A stretch of DNA of 64,000 bases from Auanema rhodensis (Eukaryota > Animalia > Nematoda). The translations under genes were made by a program, and so were the position numbers. How positions within the stretch are numbered: the first letter of the stretch is position 1; every line of letters begins with the position of its first letter. The stretch lies in NCBI GenBank assembly GCA_964057225.1, contig OZ059898.1, positions 6,696,001-6,760,000 on the forward strand. Reading direction: 5' to 3'. Positions 55,401-64,000 of the stretch are shown here, piece by piece. The notes under the pieces are model-generated. The model searched no databases, was not told the DNA's origin, and was given only the letters and a program-made list of their open reading frames with translations.

Positions 55401-58400
55401 CTATGATTGAGGAGAAAAAGGAAGAATCACCGGTCCCATCGTGTACACAGCCTGAACTTTTTTGTGAACATTCTTGTGGATGAGCTCGGTATAAACCATT
55501 TTTATAGAAAATAGAAAGCTCCATGGCAAATTTTATTGAAACAATCAGATTCTACAGTCTTTTTTACTCAAGTTGTGTATATTCTTAATTTAATAAATTC
55601 TATGATTGAGGAGAAAAAGGAAGAATCACCGGTCCCACCGTGTACACAGCCTGAACTTTTTTGTGAACATTCTTGTGGATGGGCTCGGTATAAACCATTT
55701 TTATAGAAAATAGAAAGCTCCATGGCAAATTTTATTGAAACAATCAGATTCTACAGTCTTTTTTACTCAAGTTGTGTATATTCTTAATTCAATAAATTCT
55801 ATGATTGAGGAGAAAAAGGAAGAATCACCGGTCCCATCGTGTACACAGCCTGAACTTTTTTGTGAACATTCTTGTGGATGAGCTCGGTATAAACCATTTT
55901 TATAGAAAATAGAAAGCTCCATGGCAAATTTTATTGAAACAATCAGATTCTACAGTCTTTTTTACTCAAGTTGTGTATATTCTTAATTTAATAAATTCTA
56001 TGATTGAGGAGAAAAAGGAAGAATCACCGGTCCCACCGTGTACACAGCCTGAACTTTTTTGTGAACATTCTTGTGGATGGGCTCGGTATAAACCATTTTT
56101 ATAGAAAATAGAAAGCTCCATGGCAAATTTTATTGAAACAATCAGATTCTACAGTCTTTTTTACTCAAGTTGTGTATATTCTTAATTTAATAAATTCTAT
56201 GATTGAGGAGAAAAAGGAAGAATCACCGGTCCCACCGTGTACACAGCCTGAACTTTTTTGTGAACATTCTTGTGGATGAGCTCGGTATAAACCATTTTTA
56301 CAGAAAATAGAAAGCTCCATGGCAAATTTTATTGAAACAATCAGATTTTACAGTCTTTTTTACTCAAGTTGTGTATATTCTTAATTTAATAAATTCTATG
56401 ATTGAGGAGAAAAAGGAAGAATCACCGGTCCCACCGTGTACACAGCCTGAACTTTTTTGTGAACATTCTTGTGGATGAGCTCGGTATAAACCATTTTTAT
56501 AGAAAATAGAAAGCTCCATGGCAAATTTTATTGAAACAATCAGTTTCTACAGTCTTTTTTACTCAAGTTGTGTATATTCTTAATTTAATAAATTCTATGA
56601 TTGAGGAGAAAAAGGAAGAATCACCGGTCCCATCGTGTACACAGCCTGAACTTTTTTGTGAACATTCTTGTGGATGAGCTCGGTATAAACCATTTTTATA
56701 GAAAATAGAAAGCTCCATGGCAAATTTTATTGAAACAATCAGATTCTACAGTCTTTTTTACTCAAGTTGTGTATATTCTTAATTTAATAAATTCTATGAT
56801 TGAGGAGAAAAAGGAAGAATCACCGGTCCCACCGTGTACACAGCCTGAACTTTTTTGTGAACATTCTTGTGGATGAGCTCGGTATAAACCATTTTTATAG
56901 AAAATAGAAAGCTCCATGGCAAATTTTATTGAAACAATCAGATTCTACAGTCTTTTTTACTCAAGTTGTGTATATTCTTAATTTAATAAATTCTATGATT
57001 GAGGAGAAAAAGGAAGAATCACCGGTCCCACCGTGTACACAGCCTGAACTTTTTTGTGAACATTCTTGTGGATGGGCTCGGTATAAACCATTTTTATAGA
57101 AAATAGAAAGCTCCATGGCAAATTTTATTGAAACAATCAGATTCTACAGTCTTTTTTACTCAAGTTGTGTATATTCTTAATTTAATAAATTCTATGATTG
57201 AGGAGAAAAAGGAAGAATCACCGGTCCCATCGTGTACACAGCCTGAACTTTTTTGTGAACATTCTTGTGGATGAGCTCGGTATAAACCATTTTTATAGAA
57301 AATAGAAAGCTCCATGGCAAATTTTATTGAAACAATCAGATTCTACAGTCTTTTTTACTCAAGTTGTGTATATTCTTAATTTAATAAATTCTATGATTGA
57401 GGAGAAAAAGGAAGAATCACCGGTCCCATCGTGTACACAGCCTGAACTTTTTTGTGAACATTCTTGTGGATGAGCTCGGTATAAACCATTTTTATAGAAA
57501 ATAGAAAGCTCCATGGCAAATTTTATTAAAACAATCAGTTTCTACAGTCTTTCTTACCCAAGTTGTGTATATTCTTAATTTAATAAATTCTATGATTGAG
57601 GAGAAAAAGGAAGAATCACCGGTCCCATCGTGTACACAGCCTGAACTTTTTTGTGAACATTCTTGTGGATGAGCTCGGTATAAACCATTTTTACAGAAAA
57701 TAGAAAGCTCCATGGCAAATTTTATTAAAACAATCAGATTCTACAGTCTTTTTTACTCAAGTTGTGTATATTCTTAGTTTAATAAATTCTATGATTGAGG
57801 AGAAAAAGGAAGAATCACCGGTCCCATCGTGTACACAGCCTGAACTTTTTTGTGAACATTCTTGTGGATGAGCTCGGTATAAACCATTTTTATAGAAAAT
57901 AGAAAGCTCCATGGCAAATTTTATTGAAACAATCAGATTCTACAGTCTTTTTTACTCAAGTTGTGTATATTCTTAATTTAATAAATTCTATGATTGAGGA
58001 GAAAAAGGAAGAATCACCGGTCCCATCGTGTACACAGCCTGAACTTTTTTGTGAACATTCTTGTGGATGAGCTCGGTATAAACCATTTTTACAGAAAATA
58101 GAAAGCTCCATGGCAAATTTTATTAAAACAATCAGATTCTACAGTCTTTTTTACTCAAGTTGTGTATATTCTTAATTTAATAAATTCTATGATTGAGGAG
58201 AAAAAGGAAGAATCACCGGTCCCATCGTGTACACAGCCTGAACTTTTTTGTGAACATTCTTGTGGATGAGCTCGGTATAAACCATTTTTACAGAAAATAG
58301 AAAGCTCCATGGCAAATTTTATTAAAACAATCAGATTCTACAGTCTTTTTTACTCAAGTTGTGTATATTCTTAGTTTAATAAATTCTATGATTGAGGAGA

Positions 58401-61400
58401 AAAAGGAAGAATCACCGGTCCCATCGTGTACACAGCCTGAACTTTTTTGTGAACATTCTTGTGGATGAGCTCGGTATAAACCATTTTTACAGAAAATAGA
58501 AAGCTCCATGGCAAATTTTATTAAAACAATCAGATTCTACAGTCTTTTTTACTCAAGTTGTGTATATTCTTAATTTAATAAATTCTATGATTGAGGAGAA
58601 AAAGGAAGAATCACCGGTCCCATCGTGTACACAGCCTGAACTTTTTTGTGAACATTCTTGTGGATGGGCTCGGTATAAACCATTTTTACAGAAAATAGAA
58701 AGCTCCATGGCAAATTTTATTGAAACAATCAGATTTTACAGTCTTTTTTACCCAAGTTGTGTATATTCTTAATTTAATAAATTCTATGATTGAGGAGAAA
58801 AAGGAAGAATCACCGGTCCCATCGTGTACACAGCCTGAACTTTTTTGTGAACATTCTTGTAGATGGGCTCGGTATAAACCATTTTTACAGAAAATAGAAA
58901 GCTCCATGGCAAATTTTATTAAAACAATCAGATTCCACAGTCTTTTTTACCCAAGTTGTGTATATTCTTAATTTAATAAATTCTATGATTGAGGAGAAAA
59001 AGGAAGAATCACCGGTCCCATCGTGTACACAGCCTGAACTTTTTTGTGAACATTCTTGTGGATGGGCTCGGTATAAACCATTTTTACAGAAAATAGAAAG
59101 CTCCATGGCAAATTTTATTGAAACAATCAGATTCTACAGTCTTTTTTACTCAAGTTGTGTATATTCTTAATTTAATAAATTCTATGATTGAGGAGAAAAA
59201 GGAAGAATCACCGGTCCCATCGTGTACACAGCCTGAACTTTTTTGTGAACATTCTTGTGGATGGGCTCGGTATAAACCATTTTTACAGAAAATAGAAAGC
59301 TCCATGGCAAATTTTATTGAAACAATCAGATTCTACAGTCTTTTTTACTCAAGTTGTGTATATTCTTAATTTAATAAATTCTATGATTGAGGAGAAAAAG
59401 GAAGAATCACCGGTCCCATCGTGTACACAGCCTGAACTTTTTTGTGAACATTCTTGTGGATGAGCTCGGTATAAACCATTTTTACAGAAAATAGAAAGCT
59501 CCATGGCAAATTTTATTGAAACAATCAGATTCTACAGTCTTTTTTACTCAAGTTGTGTATATTCTTAATTTAATAAATTCTATGATTGAGGAGAAAAAGG
59601 AAGAATCACCGGTCCCATCGTGTACACAGCCTGAACTTTTTTGTGAACATTCTTGTGGATGGGCTCGGTATAAACCATTTTTACAGAAAATAGAAAGCTC
59701 CATGGCAAATTTTATTGAAACAATCAGATTTTACAGTCTTTTTTACCCAAGTTGTGTATATTCTTAATTTAATAAATTCTATGATTGAGGAGAAAAAGGA
59801 AGAATCACCGGTCCCATCGTGTACACAGCCTAAACTTTTTTGTGAACATTCTTGTAGATGGGCTCGGTATAAACCATTTTTACAGAAAATAGAAAGCTCC
59901 ATGGCAAATTTTATTAAAACAATCAGATTCCACAGTCTTTTTTACCCAAGTTGTGTATATTCTTAATTTAATAAATTCTATGATTGAGGAGAAAAAGGAA
60001 GAATCACCGGTCCCATCGTGTACACAGCCTGAACTTTTTTGTGAACATTCTTGTGGATGGGCTCGGTATAAACCATTTTTACAGAAAATAGAAAGCTCCA
60101 TGGCAAATTTTATTGAAACAATCAGATTCTACAGTCTTTTTTACTCAAGTTGTGTATATTCTTAATTTAATAAATTCTATGATTGAGGAGAAAAAGGAAG
60201 AATCACCGGTCCCATCGTGTACACAGCCTGAACTTTTTTGTGAACATTCTTGTGGATGGGCTCGGTATAAACCATTTTTACAGAAAATAGAAAGCTCCAT
60301 GGCAAATTTTATTGAAACAATCAGATTCTACAGTCTTTTTTACTCAAGTTGTGTATATTCTTAATTTAATAAATTCTATGATTGAGGAGAAAAAGGAAGA
60401 ATCACCGGTCCCATCGTGTACACAGCCTGAACTTTTTTGTGAACATTCTTGTGGATGGGCTCGGTATAAACCATTTTTACAGAAAATAGAAAGCTCCATG
60501 GCAAATTTTATTGAAACAATCAGATTCTACAGTCTTTTTTACTCAAGTTGTGTATATTCTTAATTTAATAAATTCTATGATTGAGGAGAAAAAGGAAGAA
60601 TCACCGGTCCCATCGTGTACACAGCCTGAACTTTTTTGTGAACATTCTTGTGGATGGGCTCGGTATAAACCATTTTTACAGAAAATAGAAAGCTCCATGG
60701 CAAATTTTATTGAAACAATCAGATTCTACAGTCTTTTTTACTCAAGTTGTGTATATTCTTAATTTAATAAATTCTATGATTGAGGAGAAAAAGGAAGAAT
60801 CACCGGTCCCATCGTGTACACAGCCTGAACTTTTTTGTGAACATTCTTGTGGATGGGCTCGGTATAAACCATTTTTACAGAAAATAGAAAGCTCCATGGC
60901 AAATTTTATTGAAACAATCAGATTTTACAGTCTTTTTTACCCAAGTTGTGTATATTCTTAATTTAATAAATTCTATGATTGAGGAGAAAAAGGAAGAATC
61001 ACCGGTCCCATCGTGTACACAGCCTGAACTTTTTTGTGAACATTCTTGTGGATGAGCTCGGTATAAACCATTTTTACAGAAAATAGAAAGCTCCATGGCA
61101 AATTTTATTGAAACAATCAGATTCTACAGTCTTTTTTACTCAAGTTGTGTATATTCTTAATTTAATAAATTCTATGATTGAGGAGAAAAAGGAAGAATCA
61201 CCGGTCCCATCGTGTACACAGCCTGAACTTTTTTGTGAACATTCTTGTGGATGGGCTCGGTATAAACCATTTTTACAGAAAATAGAAAGCTCCATGGCAA
61301 ATTTTATTGAAACAATCAGATTCTACAGTCTTTTTTACTCAAGTTGTGTATATTCTTAATTTAATAAATTCTATGATTGAGGAGAAAAAGGAAGAATCAC

Positions 61401-64000
61401 CGGTCCCATCGTGTACACAGCCTGAACTTTTTTGTGAACATTCTTGTGGATGGGCTCGGTATAAACCATTTTTACAGAAAATAGAAAGCTCCATGGCAAA
61501 TTTTATTGAAACAATCAGATTTTACAGTCTTTTTTACCCAAGTTGTGTATATTCTTAATTTAATAAATTCTATGATTGAGGAGAAAAAGGAAGAATCACC
61601 GGTCCCATCGTGTACACAGCCTGAACTTTTTTGTGAACATTCTTGTGGATGAGCTCGGTATAAACCATTTTTACAGAAAATAGAAAGCTCCATGGCAAAT
61701 TTTATTGAAACAATCAGATTTTACAGTCTTTTTTACCCAAGTTGTGTATATTCTTAATTTAATAAATTCTATGATTGAGGAGAAAAAGGAAGAATCACCG
61801 GTCCCATCGTGTACACAGCCTGAACTTTTTTGTGAACATTCTTGTGGATGAGCTCGGTATAAACCATTTTTACAGAAAATAGAAAGCTCCATGGCAAATT
61901 TTATTGAAACAATCAGATTTTACAGTCTTTTTTACCCAAGTTGTGTATATTCTTAATTTAATAAATTCTATGATTGAGGAGAAAAAGGAAGAATCACCGG
62001 TCCCATCGTGTACACAGCCTGAACTTTTTTGTGAACATTCTTGTGGATGAGCTCGGTATAAACCATTTTTACAGAAAATAGAAAGCTCCATGGCAAATTT
62101 TATTGAAACAATCAGATTTTACAGTCTTTTTTACCCAAGTTGTGTATATTCTTAATTTAATAAATTCTATGATTGAGGAGAAAAAGGAAGAATCACCGGT
62201 CCCATCGTGTACACAGCCTGAACTTTTTTGTGAACATTCTTGTGGATGGGCTCGGTATAAACCATTTTTACAGAAAATAGAAAGCTCCATGGCAAATTTT
62301 ATTGAAACAATCAGATTTTACAGTCTTTTTTACCCAAGCTGTGTATATTCTTAATTTAATAAATTCTATGATTGAGGAGAAAAAGGAAGAATCACCGGTC
62401 CCATCGTGTACACAGCCTGAACTTTTTTGTGAACATTCTTGTGGATGGGCTCGGTATAAACCATTTTTACAGAAAATAGAAAGCTCCATGGCAAATTTTA
62501 TTGAAACAATCAGATTCTACAGTCTTTTTTACTCAAGTTGTGTATATTCTTAATTTAATAAATTCTATGATTGAGGAGAAAAAGGAAGAATCACCGGTCC
62601 CATCGTGTACACAGCCTGAACTTTTTTGTGAACATTCTTGTGGATGGGCTCGGTATAAACCATTTTTATAGAAAATAGAAAGCTCCATGGCAAATTTTAT
62701 TAAAACAATCAGATTCTACAGTCTTTTTTACTCAAGTTGTGTATATTCTTAATTTAATAAATTCTATGATTGAGGAGAAAAAGGAAGAATCACCGGTCCC
62801 ATCGTGTACACAGCCTGAACTTTTTTGTGAACATTCTTGTGGATGAGCTCGGTATAAACCATTTTTACAGAAAATAGAAAGCTCCATGGCAAATTTTATT
62901 GAAACAATCAGATTCTACAGTCTTTTTTACTCAAGTTGTGTATATTCTTAATTTAATAAATTCTATGATTGAGGAGAAAAAGGAAGAATCACCGGTCCCA
63001 TCGTGTACACAGCCTGAACTTTTTTGTGAACATTCTTGTGGATGGGCTCGGTATAAACCATTTTTATAGAAAATAGAAAGCTCCATGGCAAATTTTATTA
63101 AAACAATCAGATTCTACAGTCTTTTTTACTCAAGTTGTGTATATTCTTAATTTAATAAATTCTATGATTGAGGAGAAAAAGGAAGAATCACCGGTCCCAT
63201 CGTGTACACAGCCTGAACTTTTTTGTGAACATTCTTGTGGATGAGCTCGGTATAAACCATTTTTATAGAAAATAGAAAGCTCCATGGCAAATTTTATTGA
63301 AACAATCAGATTCTACAGTCTTTTTTACTCAAGTTGTGTATATTCTTAATTTAATAAATTCTATGATTGAGGAGAAAAAGGAAGAATCACCGGTCCCATC
63401 GTGTACACAGCCTGAACTTTTTTGTGAACATTCTTGTGGATGAGCTCGGTATAAACCATTTTTACAGAAAATAGAAAGCTCCATGGCAAATTTTATTAAA
63501 ACAATCAGATTCTACAGTCTTTTTTACTCAAGTTGTGTATATTCTTAATTTAATAAATTCTATGATTGAGGAGAAAAAGGAAGAATCACCGGTCCCATCG
63601 TGTACACAGCCTGAACTTTTTTGTGAACATTCTTGTGGATGAGCTCGGTATAAACCATTTTTACAGAAAATAGAAAGCTCCATGGCAAATTTTATTGAAA
63701 CAATCAGATTTTACAGTCTTTTTTACTCAAGTTGTGTATATTCTTAATTTAATAAATTCTATGATTGAGGAGAAAAAGGAAGAATCACCGGTCCCATCGT
63801 GTACACAGCCTGAACTTTTTTGTGAACATTCTTGTGGATGAGCTCGGTATAAACCATTTTTACAGAAAATAGAAAGCTCCATGGCAAATTTTATTAAAAC
63901 AATCAGATTCTACAGTCTTTTTTACTCAAGTTGTGTATATTCTTAATTTAATAAATTCTATGATTGAGGAGAAAAAGGAAGAATCACCGGTCCCATCGTG
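25436..64000. repeat. 199-bp tandem satellite array, about 194 copies, continuing past the right edge
   Basis: Consensus CTCGGTATAAACCATTTTTACAGAAAATAGAAAGCTCCATGGCAAATTTTATYAAAACAATCAGATTCTACAGTCTTTTTTACYCAAGTTGTGTATATTCTTAATTTAATAAATTCTATGATTGAGGAGAAAAAGGAAGAATCACCGGTCCCATCGTGTACACAGCCTGAACTTTTTTGTGAACATTCTTGTGGATGRG. The ORF track recurs at exact 199-bp steps (62268-25453 = 185 x 199). Confidence 0.99.

Noticed and set aside
25453-62553. About 200 near-identical 70-83 aa ORFs on both strands, suggesting a tandem small-protein gene array
   Set aside because: The period 199 is not a multiple of 3, neighbouring ORFs overlap, and common variants create stops on both strands (TGG/TGA). These are by-products of the satellite.
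25436-64000. Satellite as a giant spliced repeat protein; the minus strand has a plausible 46-nt GTGATT...ATTAAG intron leaving 153 nt
   Set aside because: All three frames of the 153-nt exon contain stops. A two-intron model is open only with a weak donor and is broken by the frequent TTACTCAAG (TGA) variant.
25436-64000. CRISPR-like array, 5S/tRNA/snRNA cluster or piRNA cluster
   Set aside because: No unique spacers, no recognisable 5S, tRNA or snRNA sequence, and no exact CTGTTTCA Ruby motif (only GTTTC cores in some variants).

Overview
AT-rich eukaryotic genomic DNA, most likely a nematode (40-60 nt GT-AG introns, TTTCAG/TTATAG acceptors, a FAR-family gene). The left ~25 kb holds six spliced genes, assembled by eye across splice sites. 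They are: the 5' part of a probable PHLPP-like gene running off the left edge (-); a secreted Ser/Thr-rich mucin-like protein (+); a ~36-exon Mesh/SUSD2-like NIDO-AMOP-VWD-Sushi transmembrane protein (+); an NLS-bearing protein with a probable PH-like domain (+); a four-TM protein with an Arg/Asp/Ser-rich tail (-); and a fatty-acid/retinol-binding (FAR) protein (-). The right ~38.6 kb (about 25436 to the window end) is one head-to-tail 199-bp satellite of about 194 copies, with no net indels and spatially clustered SNP variants. The ORFs called inside it are artefacts. Best findings: (1) a pair of mutually exclusive exons in the four-TM gene, one with a GC donor, swapping a Cys-rich for a Tyr-rich first loop; (2) the layered architecture of the satellite, which abuts the FAR gene and carries an SL1-like 11-mer; (3) a TRF2/HOY1-type PH-like pattern in the orphan nuclear protein. 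Family assignments are from motif recognition only; no searches were run.
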